NCBI GenBank assembly: GCA_902805585.1
Contig: CADCTO010000001.1
Span: 1-50,194, forward strand
Length of the DNA stretch: 50,194 nucleotides
From: an uncultured Armatimonadetes bacterium
GTDB taxonomy: Bacteria > Armatimonadota > Armatimonadia > Armatimonadales > Armatimonadaceae
Reading direction: 5' to 3'
Positions 26,831 to 35,770 of this stretch are shown here, one piece after another. The notes below the pieces were generated by a model. The model did not search any database, was not told the DNA's origin, and saw only the letters and a list, made by a program, of their open reading frames with translations. The translations under genes and the position numbers were made by a program. Positions within the stretch are counted from its first letter, which is position 1. Every line of letters starts with the position of its first letter.

Positions 26831-27235
26831 ATGGCGCGCAAAATCCTCGCCTGTGATGACGAAGCGGCCATTCTCAGATTGGTCCAAACGAACCTGGAAC
26901 GCGCAGGCTACGACGTAGCCACGGCGGCCGACGGGCGTGAAGCCCTCGAAAAGCTCGGGGCCGAGCGGCCGGACCTCGTGATCCTCGACGTCATGATGCC
27001 CTACGTGGACGGCTTCGGGATCCTCCAGGAGATACGGCGGGATCCGGCGACCCGTGACCTGCCGGTCATCCTGTTAACGGCGAAATCCACGGACGCCGAC
27101 ACGCTGCGCGGCTGGCAGGAAGGCGCCGATTCCTACCTGACCAAGCCGTTCAACCCGAAAGAGCTGCTCGCGTTCGTGGACCGCATCTTCGCCGCGCTGG
27201 AGGGGCCGCCGGTGTCGACCGAGGCAACACCATGA
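26831..27235 (+). CDS. single-domain response regulator (CheY-like receiver)
   Basis: 'KILACDDEAAILRLV', 'DLVILDVMMPYVDGF' and 'PVILLTAKS...YLTKPFNPKEL'. ATG 26831 follows GGGGGAAGG. Confidence 0.85.
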   Translation: MARKILACDDEAAILRLVQTNLERAGYDVATAADGREALEKLGAERPDLVILDVMMPYVDGFGILQEIRRDPATRDLPVILLTAKSTDADTLRGWQEGADSYLTKPFNPKELLAFVDRIFAALEGPPVSTEATP

Positions 27236-27480
27236 GTAATACCGGCGCCGCAGCGGCGCCCCCGCCCGCATATAAGGCGTACCTCATCGTCGGCGTCGTG
27301 GCCGCGGCGGTGTCCGCGGCCACGGCCGCCTACATCTTCTGGTCGCGCTCCCGGCACCTGGTCCCGCAGGTGGAGACGGTGCAGGACCTGCTCGACCGCG
27401 CCCACGACCAGGTGCGCGACATCGAGCACCGCCTGAACGAACTGCGCGAGCAGCCGCCCGGCCTGACCCGCGCCGGCTGA
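27232..27480 (+). CDS. small membrane-anchored protein (82 aa)
   Basis: The ATG overlaps the regulator stop (ATGA). One TM helix 'YLIVGVVAAAVSAATAAYIFW' is followed by a charged helix. Confidence 0.55.
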   Translation: MSNTGAAAAPPPAYKAYLIVGVVAAAVSAATAAYIFWSRSRHLVPQVETVQDLLDRAHDQVRDIEHRLNELREQPPGLTRAG

Positions 27481-27518
27481 CGCGAACGCGGCACGGCTGC
27501 GCGCCGCCGCGGCACGGC

Positions 27519-28064
27519 TCACGCGAACACCACCCGCACCCCGATGTAGTCCGCGATCTCGGCGGCCAGCACGTCCACGTCCCCCTCCGCGTAGGACCGG
27601 TCGATGGTGATCCGGTGGCCGTCCGCGTAGACGACGGCCAGATCGTACAGGTCGCGCTCCGCCGGGTCTTTCCCGCGCTTCACGCACACGTGCTCGATGC
27701 GCCGCAGGGTCGTCACCACCTTCCGGTTGATTGTGAAGACCCCGTTGATTCGGTCGAAGGCGTAGACGACGCGCGAGTCGTAGACCGCGTACACGTAGAA
27801 CGTCGCCAGGACCGCCGTGAGCACCAGCGCGCCGAGCCAAAGCGCGCTGAAATGGTTGGCGAGGGGTTCCGGGGTGCCGGCGGTTCCGCCCATGCTCCCG
27901 GCGTTCGGGCTTTGCGCGTCGAGAACCAGGCTGAGCAGGGCGAGGATGAGCACGGAGACGAAGGCGATCCCGAACCACACGCACCCGTTCACCATGCGGG
28001 CTTCATCCGTTGCGACGGTGAGCATCAGGCGCTCGTCGTCCCGCGACACCTCGAACCGGCTCAT
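27519..28064 (-). CDS. hypothetical membrane protein (181 aa, two TM helices)
   Basis: GAAGGGA sits ahead of ATG 28064. TM helices 'CVWFGIAFVSVLILALLSLVL' and 'ALWLGALVLTAVLATFYVYAV', then a soluble C-terminal domain. Confidence 0.6.
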   Translation of the reverse strand: MSRFEVSRDDERLMLTVATDEARMVNGCVWFGIAFVSVLILALLSLVLDAQSPNAGSMGGTAGTPEPLANHFSALWLGALVLTAVLATFYVYAVYDSRVVYAFDRINGVFTINRKVVTTLRRIEHVCVKRGKDPAERDLYDLAVVYADGHRITIDRSYAEGDVDVLAAEIADYIGVRVVFA

Positions 28065-28275
28065 CGCCGTTATCCCTTCCCGGATACCCGCGCCACGTGG
28101 GTGCTACGGTCGTTGTACCCGGCGCGCACCGGTTTCCGTTTCAGGGCCGGGCGCGATCGGCGGGAAATGTCCAGCGGAGTCGAGACAGGGAAGGGTTGAG
28201 GGGGTGCGGAACCGGCCGAACGGGCGGCCACGGATCCGGCGGCGGGCCCGGTAGGGGCCCGCGCGGTGTCGGTAC

Positions 28276-28313
28276 GGCGGCGAGCGGCGCGGCCTGCCGC
28301 GCCGCTCGCCGCC
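28276..28313 (-). terminator. 16-bp perfect GC hairpin 2 nt after the PhoU-like stop
   Basis: ggcggcgagcggcgcg (28276-28291), loop gcctgc, cgcgccgctcgccgcc (28298-28313). Confidence 0.45.
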
Positions 28314-28315
28314 CG

Positions 28316-28993
28316 CTACTTTGCCACCGCATGGCGCGCGGCCACGCGCGCCATGCTTTCGGCCGCGACCACGACGCTCCACAGGAGCGCGCACGTCACG
28401 CGCTGCACACACGGCGGGACCTCGCCCGCGGTATGCCGGAACGAGGCTTCGGCGTCCCGCCGCGCCCGCTCGACGTCGCGGAAGCGCGCGGCGGCGTTCA
28501 GCGCCTCGCGCGGGTCCCGTGACGCCAACGCCGACGCCGTTTTGCCGGCCAGGTCCGCGGCGAAGACGCCGACCGAACAGACGGGATCGGGGACGGCGAT
28601 ACTGGCGGAAGCCTGGAGTGAGCCCGCGACGACCGAGGTGAAGAGGCGAGACAACTGAGCGACGATCCGCGCGCCGCGGGCGACGCAGTGCAGGTCGGCG
28701 GCGCACTTGATAAGGTCGCTGACGTGTCTCTCTTCGGCCGGGGAGAGGTGCGACTGGGTCAGGAGGGCGCGGGCCCGTGTTTCGATCTCCGTCGCCAGTG
28801 CGGAAACGTCCTCCGGCGCGTGCCCTGCGTCGTCCCCGCTCATCTGCCGCAGGGCGCCACTGAAGTCGTTGCCGGCCATCCGCGCCATCGTTGCCAGTCG
28901 TTCGTCCAGCGCCGCCACGGCAGGATTACAGGGAGCCGGCTTTTCGGCCGCCTTGCGGTTCACACACTTCGCACGTTCCTGAAGCGCCAACAT
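28316..28993 (-). CDS. PhoU-domain-like helical protein (tentative)
   Basis: 225 aa. GAGGTGA sits ahead of ATG 28993. Two repeated helical segments ('HVSDLIKCAADLHCVARGARIVAQ' and 'ALLWSVVVAAESMARVAARHA') resemble the PhoU repeat. Assigned by eye only. Confidence 0.5.
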   Translation of the reverse strand: MLALQERAKCVNRKAAEKPAPCNPAVAALDERLATMARMAGNDFSGALRQMSGDDAGHAPEDVSALATEIETRARALLTQSHLSPAEERHVSDLIKCAADLHCVARGARIVAQLSRLFTSVVAGSLQASASIAVPDPVCSVGVFAADLAGKTASALASRDPREALNAAARFRDVERARRDAEASFRHTAGEVPPCVQRVTCALLWSVVVAAESMARVAARHAVAK

Positions 28994-29118
28994 CCGGTCT
29001 CACCTCGCTGTTGCATTGCCGAAGAATCACGATCCTTCGATGCAAGAAGCATGCCCGGGCGGGGAAGGGGTAACGGCGCGGGAGAAGGGGGACGCGGAGC
29101 CCCGCAAAAAACGACCGG

Positions 29119-30516
29119 CTAGCGGAGCATCACCTCGGCCGCGGCCGACGGCACGCGCTCGACGGCGAGCACCGGGCGATCGACCGCGCGCTCCAGGTCT
29201 TCCACGGTCATCTCGTCCAGGAAGACGCGCTCGCCGTCGCGCAGCGCGACGGAGGGCAGAAGCACGGTGTCACCGAGGGGGAAACCCGGGCGCGTCAGCG
29301 TGTCGGCGATGTCCCGACCCGTGAGCAGCCCGGCGACCGAGATGTTCCCCTCGAAAAAGTGGTTGTGGACCACGCAAACGTTGACCGCCAGGTTGTCGAC
29401 GCGGTTCATCGTGTCGGCGAACTTGCGCACCAGTTCGGCGGGCATCTCCCCGGTCACGAGCGTGAACGAGCGGGGCGTCGCGACGGCGCGCGGCAGCGAC
29501 TTGGCGACGCGCTCGACGTCCTCCAGGAACAGCCGCACCAGACCGACGCCGTCTTCGAGCTGCGGGAACCCCTCATAATGACCGCGCGGCGGCACCTCGC
29601 GCCCGGCGTTCAGGTAGAACTCGTCGGACAGGAACACGAAGCGCGAGCCGAGCGTTTTGCGGAACCGCTCGCGGCGCACCTCGGCCCAGTCCAGAAGCTC
29701 CCCGGCGTAGCGTGCGTCGACCGTCGTCAGCGGCGCCTGGCGGTCGCGGAACTGGGTGATGCCCACCGGCACCACCGCGAGCGAAAGGACGCCGCCGAAC
29801 GTCCCGCGCGCCGCCGGGTGCATCTCGGCCAGTTCGCGCACCGTCTGCTCCAGATGCTCTCCGTCGTTATAGCCGGGGCAGAGGACGACCTGCCCGTGTA
29901 TCTGTATATTCGCGTCCGCGAGCTGGCGCAGGCGCGGCAGGATCGGCTCCGGCCCCTTCCGGCCCAGCATGCGGCCCCGCACCGCCGGGTCCGTGGCGTG
30001 GATGCTGACGAACATCGGCGACAGCTTCTGTTCGGTGATCCGGTCGAACTCCTCGTCCTTCATGTTGGTCAGCGTGATGTAGTTGCCGTGAAGGAACGAG
30101 AGCCGGTAGTCGTCGTCCTTGACGTACAGCGAGTGCCGCATGCCCTTGGGCTGCTGGTACAGGAAGCAGAAGACGCACTTGTTCTTGCAGATGTGGATGC
30201 GGTCGAACAGGTCGTCGGCGAACTCCAGCCCCAGCGGCTCCTCGTAGCCCTTCTCGACGCGCACCCGATGGCGCTCCGCGCCGCGCTCGAACTCGATCTC
30301 GACCGCCTCGCCCGCCGTGTGGAACCGCCAGTCCACGATGTCGCGCAGGGCCGCCCCATCTACGGCGACGACCCGGTCGCCGACACGGACGCCCGCGAGA
30401 TCCGCCGCGCTCCCGGCCTCGACCGCCTCGACCGTGTTCTTCGGCTTACGGCGCTCCAGCAAGGGTAGGACATTGGGCTCGTGACTGGCAAGTGGCATAA
30501 CAGGCCATTGTACCAT
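29119..30516 (-). CDS. DUF512 domain protein (PDZ + radical-SAM-like)
   Basis: 'AGSAADLAGVRVGDRVVAVDG' (PDZ), 'ICKNKCVFCFLYQQPKGMR' (Cys cluster) and 'DDDYRLSFLHGNYITLTN'. Start placed at ATG 30516 after GGAGG. The ORF track extends to 30555. Confidence 0.8.
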   Translation of the reverse strand: MVQWPVMPLASHEPNVLPLLERRKPKNTVEAVEAGSAADLAGVRVGDRVVAVDGAALRDIVDWRFHTAGEAVEIEFERGAERHRVRVEKGYEEPLGLEFADDLFDRIHICKNKCVFCFLYQQPKGMRHSLYVKDDDYRLSFLHGNYITLTNMKDEEFDRITEQKLSPMFVSIHATDPAVRGRMLGRKGPEPILPRLRQLADANIQIHGQVVLCPGYNDGEHLEQTVRELAEMHPAARGTFGGVLSLAVVPVGITQFRDRQAPLTTVDARYAGELLDWAEVRRERFRKTLGSRFVFLSDEFYLNAGREVPPRGHYEGFPQLEDGVGLVRLFLEDVERVAKSLPRAVATPRSFTLVTGEMPAELVRKFADTMNRVDNLAVNVCVVHNHFFEGNISVAGLLTGRDIADTLTRPGFPLGDTVLLPSVALRDGERVFLDEMTVEDLERAVDRPVLAVERVPSAAAEVMLR

Positions 30517-30771
30517 GCCCCCTCCGAGGCTCGCCAAAGCCCCTTCGCTGAGCACAAATCACCGGCAGGTTCCTTTGGCAGTCAGGGAACAAAGGGGCCG
30601 GAGAAGGAGGGCCTGAACGAGGTCGAGCACAGGCAGCGGCGTCAGGCGTTCGTCCGCCCCGCTGGACTACGCCGGCCCGGTAAAGGGTCCGACCTCCCAG
30701 ATCGTTTGCCTACGGGGCAGGAGTCCTGACGGAGCGGCTGGCGCCGTATCTTCCCCAACAGCGCGCTCTGC

Positions 30772-31026
30772 CTATTTGCCCCAAACGGCTCTGAAAAGAG
30801 CGACGGCCCCCCGCCGGATCGGCCGTAAGCCGCCCCACACGATATGGAACGTGTAGACGCGCCGGGCGCTGACGTCGGCGCCCGCGCCGGTGGAGACTCG
30901 GGCCGGAGGCGCGGAGGCGAAGGCGGCCGCCCGGGCGGCGCCCGCGGCGGGGCCGAGCACGGCGGTGGAAGCGAGTGCGGCGGCGAGAGCGGCACGGCGG
31001 CGGCGGTTCGGGCACGAGATAGGCAT
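30772..31026 (-). CDS. small secreted protein (84 aa) with an RRRR-containing signal peptide
   Basis: GGAG lies 6 nt ahead of ATG 31026. Sequence begins 'MPISCPNRRRRAALAAALASTAVLGPAAGAARAAAFA'. Third-position GC is strongly coding-like. Confidence 0.45.
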   Translation of the reverse strand: MPISCPNRRRRAALAAALASTAVLGPAAGAARAAAFASAPPARVSTGAGADVSARRVYTFHIVWGGLRPIRRGAVALFRAVWGK

Positions 31027-31256
31027 CAAACACTCCGTTACGGTGGGGCGGGCGGATTGGATTTCGGGTGCCCGCGGCCCACGGGCGCGCTGCCGGCGGG
31101 TGTCCCCGCCGCGTCGTCGCCCAGGTGTTTATGCCGTGTTCCCGCGCTGGTTTGAGATGGGCCGCCAAATACTGGTACAAGTACTGGCCGCGGAAGCAGG
31201 GGAGAGTAAAACTCGTGCCGCAGCCGACCTTGGGTGGCGGCTACAGCACGGCGCCT

Positions 31257-31307
31257 GCGGGAGCGCGGGGAGGGGTACGCCCCACGTACCCCTCCCCGCG
31301 CTCCCGC
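31257..31307 (-). terminator. 23-bp perfect GC hairpin downstream of the TPR gene
   Basis: gcgggagcgcggggaggggtacg (31257-31279), loop cccca, cgtacccctccccgcgctcccgc (31285-31307). It lies 28 nt past the stop at 31335. Confidence 0.45.
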
Positions 31308-31334
31308 CGTTATCGCTGCGCCGGCCCTTCGGGG

Positions 31335-33038
31335 TCAGTGCTTGCCCGGCTGGCAAAAGCAGGACGAGGCGAGCTTTACGTCCGAGCGCTTCCAGGCCGC
31401 GGCGAAACGCGCCCGGACACGCGCCGCTTCCTCCCGCTTGTTCTGCGCCTCCAGGCTCTGCGCCAGGCCGAACAGCGACCAGCCGTTCTCCGGCCACTTC
31501 CGCAGGTCTTCCCGGTACACCTGCTCCGCTTCGGCGGCCTCGCCCACCTGCATCAGGGTGGCCCCGAGGGCGTGACGCACCGGCTGGATCCAGTCTGGCG
31601 GTTCGGAGTAGCGCAACTGGTCTTCCTTGGCGACCGCGGTCCGGAGCGCCGCCAGCGCTTCCGTCTGCTTGCCTTCCTTGAACAGGATCTCGCCCTCCAG
31701 CATGGGCTCGGCGACGGCGAAGAGCGACGTTGCGGCGTTGTTGCCGAAGGACGCGGTGGGTGGGGTCTTCCCGACCGCTTCCCGGAACGCAGCCTGGGAG
31801 GCGCGCGCCTCGGTCGTTTTGCCCAGCGCCGCGTAGGCGACACCGCGCGCCGCGTGGCGGAGTGCCCGCGCGATGGGGAAGTAGGCCGGGGGCTCGGGCT
31901 CGGCCAGCAGCGCTTCCCACTGCCCGAAGCGCAGCATCAGCTCATAAGGCATGGCGTGGAAGCCGTCCGCGATGAACGCATTTTGCTGCTTCCAGTCGGC
32001 GGGCATCTCGGCAGTCAGGGCCCGGAGGTGCTCCCGGGCGAGGCGGCTCTCACCCTGCATCATGGCGCCGAACGCGAGCATGTGCCGGTTGTGCGCCATG
32101 TAGAGGCGGTAGAACCCCGGCTTCTTCGCCTTCGCCGTGTATTTCCGGTCCGCCTCGATGGCGCGGCGGTTGGCCTCGTTGTTCTTTTGCCACTTGCCCA
32201 GCCGGACGTCGATGTGCGACGGCATGTGGACCAGGTGGCCCAGGCCCGGCGCCACGTTCCGCAGGCGGTCGGCGGCGGCCGCCGCCCTGCCCGGGTTCGT
32301 CGAGGCTTCCACGGCGTGGATGTACAGGTGCAGCGCCAGCGGGTGGTAGGGGGAGCGCGCCAGCACCTTCTCCAGCGTGGTCACGACCTCAGGGGTACCC
32401 GGCTGCGGCTTGCCGTCGGGCGTCCACAGGTCCCACGGGCGCAAGTCCATCATCGCCTCGGCGAAGAGGGCGCCGATGTCGGCGTCGTTCGGGTAGCGCT
32501 TCCACAGGTCGCGCATGGCCGCGGCGTACGCTTCGTCCAGGGACTTGCGGTCTTCAGGCTGCGGGTCGGCGTAGCGCCGGCCGAGCGTCTCGATGAGCGC
32601 CTTCTCCACCGGCGTTGTGGTTCCGGCCAGCTCCCGGGCGCGCGTCAGCGCCTGCCATGCGGCCTTGGCCCGGTCGGGCGGGACGAGCGGGAAGTTGATG
32701 TGCGGGCCGTTGGCGGTCGCGATCCCCCAGTAAGCCATGGCGCAGCCCGGATCGATGGCCGCCGCCTGCGTGAAGGAGCGGATGGCCTCGTCGTGGTTGA
32801 AGGCGTACAGGAAGTTCAGGCCCTGGTCGAAGTAGCGCTGCGCCAGGGGGCTTTTCGTCGTGATCTTCCGTTTATGCTTGCCCATGCCCTCGAACAAGGG
32901 GGTGACCGGGCTCGCCGACGGTTCCGCCGCCGTTGCCGCCGGCACGTCCGCCGCACCGGCGATTCGCGGCGCAACGCAGAGACCGAAGGTGGTGAGAAAG
33001 GCCAGCAGGAGCCGGACGGGTTGTGGGATGTTTTTCAT
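31335..33038 (-). CDS. secreted tetratricopeptide-repeat protein
   Basis: 567 aa from ATG 33038 (GGAGA SD). Signal peptide 'MKNIPQPVRLLLAFLTTFGLCVAPRIAGA'. TPR-like helices run throughout ('AQRYFDQGLNFLYAFNHDEAIRSFTQAAAIDP'). Confidence 0.75.
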   Translation of the reverse strand: MKNIPQPVRLLLAFLTTFGLCVAPRIAGAADVPAATAAEPSASPVTPLFEGMGKHKRKITTKSPLAQRYFDQGLNFLYAFNHDEAIRSFTQAAAIDPGCAMAYWGIATANGPHINFPLVPPDRAKAAWQALTRARELAGTTTPVEKALIETLGRRYADPQPEDRKSLDEAYAAAMRDLWKRYPNDADIGALFAEAMMDLRPWDLWTPDGKPQPGTPEVVTTLEKVLARSPYHPLALHLYIHAVEASTNPGRAAAAADRLRNVAPGLGHLVHMPSHIDVRLGKWQKNNEANRRAIEADRKYTAKAKKPGFYRLYMAHNRHMLAFGAMMQGESRLAREHLRALTAEMPADWKQQNAFIADGFHAMPYELMLRFGQWEALLAEPEPPAYFPIARALRHAARGVAYAALGKTTEARASQAAFREAVGKTPPTASFGNNAATSLFAVAEPMLEGEILFKEGKQTEALAALRTAVAKEDQLRYSEPPDWIQPVRHALGATLMQVGEAAEAEQVYREDLRKWPENGWSLFGLAQSLEAQNKREEAARVRARFAAAWKRSDVKLASSCFCQPGKH

Positions 33039-33120
33039 CGTTTTCTCCAATCGTTTTCGTCTGTCTGCCCACCAGGGACAGGGCATACATTGGTGTGTCC
33101 GGAGCGCGGCGCGGGCCGCA

Positions 33121-33756
33121 CTACGGCCTGGCTTCGACGACCAGATTGAACGGCGTCTGCGTCGCGCGGCGGAAGCGGGTGAACCCGCCCGCCGTCACGA
33201 TGGCCCGCAGGCGCGATTCCGTAGCCTGCCCGCCGGCGAACGGCTCGACGATCATCCAGGCACCGTCGGCCGCCAGCGACCGGCGCACGTGCGCGGCCAC
33301 GCCGGCGGGGACCCGCGTGTCGTGGTGCACGCCGCCGAACGAGGTCACCAGGTCGTATCCAGTGCCCGGAAACGTGCCGGCGGATGCCGCGCGGAACGTG
33401 GCACGGCCCGGAAGCCCCGCTCTGGCGGCCGCGTAACCGGCCCGCACGATGGCGGTCGCGTCGGTGTCGAAGCCGACGACCCGGGAGGCCGGGTATGCCT
33501 GTGCCATCACGATCGTGGACGCACCACAGCCGCAGCCGATGTCGGCCACGCTCGCCCCGCCATTGAGCCTGGCATTCATGCCGTCGAGGGCGCGGAGCCA
33601 CGACGTCACGTGGTCTGGACGCGTCGCGGCGGCGAACGCGGGGGAAACCCTCACGTTCGTGCCTGCCGCGACCCCGCGCCGGACGGCCTTTTCGCGTATC
33701 GGCAGGCGCACCGCGTTCCCGATCAGGGCTTTCCGCCGGCCCGTGTCAACCGCCAT
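33121..33756 (-). CDS. class I SAM-dependent methyltransferase, shortened paralogue
   Basis: 211 aa from ATG 33756 (GGGGAGAAG SD). SAM motif 'VADIGCGCGAS' and 'YDLVTSFGGVHH'. It lacks the N-domain and an internal segment found in the 369-aa neighbour. Confidence 0.7.
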   Translation of the reverse strand: MAVDTGRRKALIGNAVRLPIREKAVRRGVAAGTNVRVSPAFAAATRPDHVTSWLRALDGMNARLNGGASVADIGCGCGASTIVMAQAYPASRVVGFDTDATAIVRAGYAAARAGLPGRATFRAASAGTFPGTGYDLVTSFGGVHHDTRVPAGVAAHVRRSLAADGAWMIVEPFAGGQATESRLRAIVTAGGFTRFRRATQTPFNLVVEARP

Positions 33757-33805
33757 TTCGCTTCTCCCCTCGTGATACAGTTTCGTCCCGCGGCTGTTGC
33801 AGCGG

Positions 33806-34474
33806 TCAGCGGGGCTCGCGGACCATCGGGAAGATCGGCGGCGACGCCCCCACCTGGACGGTGCCGAGCAGCGCGAACCCGTGCCGCTCATAGAACGGCA
33901 CATTCGTCGGGTTGGAGGATTCGAGATACGCCGGTATGCGGTCGCGGTCGCACGCCGACAGTACAGGCTCCAGCAGCGCCGAGCCGTAGCCTTTGCCCTG
34001 GAGGGCCGGCTCCACCCCGATGAGCGCCAGATACCAGTGCGGCTCGCTCGGATGATAGGCCGCCATCTGCTCGAACACCGCAAAGACTTCCTCCTGGTCC
34101 TGAGGAGGAACGGTGCGCTCGATCAGCGCCGTCAGCGCGTCGTCGTCGGGGTGGACGCCGGGCGGTAGCCAGAGCGCCGCGCCGGCGTAGTCGTTCACGC
34201 CGTAGGCCGTGCCGTGTTCGAAGGCCCTCCCCGCGAACGCCCGGACGAAGTCGGGGAAGTGGGCGCGATACTGCGCGGCGCCCGGGTAGCACCAGCGCAG
34301 CGCAGGGTCTGCGCGGAACGCCCGCACCAAAACGGAGACGACGCGTTCCACCTCCGACGCCTTCGCCGTTTTGACCGGCCATGCCGTCGTGATTCGCTCT
34401 TGGAGGCGCGTGGGCGCTCCGTCAAGCGGAGCGGGATGTCGCGCGGACTGGGTTCTGATCGTGTCGACAGCCAT
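33806..34474 (-). CDS. GNAT family N-acetyltransferase
   Basis: 222 aa from ATG 34474 (AGGAGGA SD). 'LIGVEPALQGKGYGSALLEPVL' (acetyl-CoA motif A) and 'AYLESSNPTNVPFYERHGF'. Confidence 0.8.
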   Translation of the reverse strand: MAVDTIRTQSARHPAPLDGAPTRLQERITTAWPVKTAKASEVERVVSVLVRAFRADPALRWCYPGAAQYRAHFPDFVRAFAGRAFEHGTAYGVNDYAGAALWLPPGVHPDDDALTALIERTVPPQDQEEVFAVFEQMAAYHPSEPHWYLALIGVEPALQGKGYGSALLEPVLSACDRDRIPAYLESSNPTNVPFYERHGFALLGTVQVGASPPIFPMVREPR

Positions 34475-34496
34475 CAAGGTTTCCTCCTGTGTCGTT

Positions 34497-35606
34497 TCAG
34501 ATGTGCAGCCGGTAGAACCGGAAGAAGGTGTTGTCGATGGGCAGGATCTCGGTGTGGCGGAATCCCGCCGCTTCGGCGTAGCCGCGCAGCGTGTCGGGGC
34601 GCATGACGGTGCCGGTCGCGGCCGAGGGTTTGTCGGCCATGCCCGACGGGAGGCAGTGGAACACGCTCCAACCGTACATAATGGCCTCCACTTCGCCGGC
34701 ATTCGGGGTGAAGTGCTCGCAGACGCGCTCGTCCATCACGAGCACCGACCCGCGCTCCCCCGCCAGACGGCGCATCGTTTGCAGCACCCCCACCGGGTCG
34801 GACAGGTCGTGGACGCACTCGAACGCCGTCACCAGGTCGTACTCGCCCTCCACGCTGGCGTCCCCGGCGTCCCGGCAATGGATGCCGACCCGGTCCGCCA
34901 GGCCCTCGTCGCGCACGTTGGCTCGCGCCCGCTCCGCCGACGCCTCGTCCAGGTCGAAGCCGTCTACCCGGACGTGGCGGTAGCTCCGGGCGATGCCGAT
35001 GCAGGACCAGCCCAGCCCGCAGCCGATGTCGGCCACACGGGCCGGCGGGTCCGGGGTCAGCAGGCGGGCGTGCACGTCGGGGATGGACGGGAGCCATTCC
35101 GCGCCGAGCTGCCTCAGGAACGCCGGGCGGTTGGTGTCCGCCTGCCCCTCGCGCAGGTCGGCGCCGTAGGCGCTGAACGGGACGCCCCCGCCGGTGCGGA
35201 ACGCCTCCACGACCGCGTCGACGGGCCGCACGGCGCCCACCAGAAGGCGCGCGAAGCCCGCCAGGTAGCTCAGGCTGTCCCGGTCCGCCAGCACTTCCGC
35301 GTGCCCGGCGGGCAGCCGGAAGCGCCGGTCGGCCGGGCCCGCGGTCGGGTTCTCCGCATGCAGCACGCCCGTCACCGCCTGCTGCTCCAGCCACTCGCGC
35401 ACGTACCGCTCCGCCGTTCCGGTCCGGGCCGCGAGTTCCCCGGACGTCATCGCGCCGGCACGGGCCAGGGCGCGGTACAGTCCCAGACGGTCGCCGAGGT
35501 AGATGCTGAAGATGTCGAAGGTGCCCGCCGTGGATTTCAGCACCCGCTCCACGAACGCGTCCCGCTCCCACTCCGCCTGCTCGATCAGGTTGCCCGTCGC
35601 GATCAT
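34497..35606 (-). CDS. SAM-dependent methyltransferase with N-terminal winged-helix domain
   Basis: 369 aa. 'LGLYRALARAGAMTSGELAARTGTAERYVREWLEQQ' (wHTH), 'VADIGCGLGWS' and 'YDLVTAFECVHD'. GGGAGGG SD. Confidence 0.8.
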   Translation of the reverse strand: MIATGNLIEQAEWERDAFVERVLKSTAGTFDIFSIYLGDRLGLYRALARAGAMTSGELAARTGTAERYVREWLEQQAVTGVLHAENPTAGPADRRFRLPAGHAEVLADRDSLSYLAGFARLLVGAVRPVDAVVEAFRTGGGVPFSAYGADLREGQADTNRPAFLRQLGAEWLPSIPDVHARLLTPDPPARVADIGCGLGWSCIGIARSYRHVRVDGFDLDEASAERARANVRDEGLADRVGIHCRDAGDASVEGEYDLVTAFECVHDLSDPVGVLQTMRRLAGERGSVLVMDERVCEHFTPNAGEVEAIMYGWSVFHCLPSGMADKPSAATGTVMRPDTLRGYAEAAGFRHTEILPIDNTFFRFYRLHI

Positions 35607-35699
35607 CTCTGCGTCCCTCCCATGGCCGCCGCCGCGCTCCCGATGCCGGGAGCGGCGGGGCTTTCGTTTCGATGGGCACAGTATCGCAGGGCGGCGTTA

Positions 35700-35729
35700 T
35701 CGGGACCGTTATCAAGTGGCAGACAAACG
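35700..35729 (+). promoter_or_regulatory. possible promoter of the SARP gene embedded in GTTATC repeats
   Basis: TTATCA (35700-35705), 18-nt spacer, TATCAT (35724-35729). AAGGAGG SD lies ahead of GTG 35771. Confidence 0.3.
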
Positions 35730-35770
35730 TGTTATCATAGGAAAAAATCCGGCGTAAGGAGGCGATAACC

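Noticed and set aside
28065-28700. Arg-rich ORFs on both strands (28097-28522, 28104-28706, 28266-28658, 28321-28641).
   Set aside because: They overlap the better-supported PhoU-like gene or the GC-rich spacer. They lack SD sites and have junk-like composition.
33742-34474. Identical 'MAVDT' N-termini on the short methyltransferase (33756) and the GNAT (34474).
   Set aside because: Only five residues are shared, the codons differ in part, and similarity stops immediately. This is most likely coincidence.
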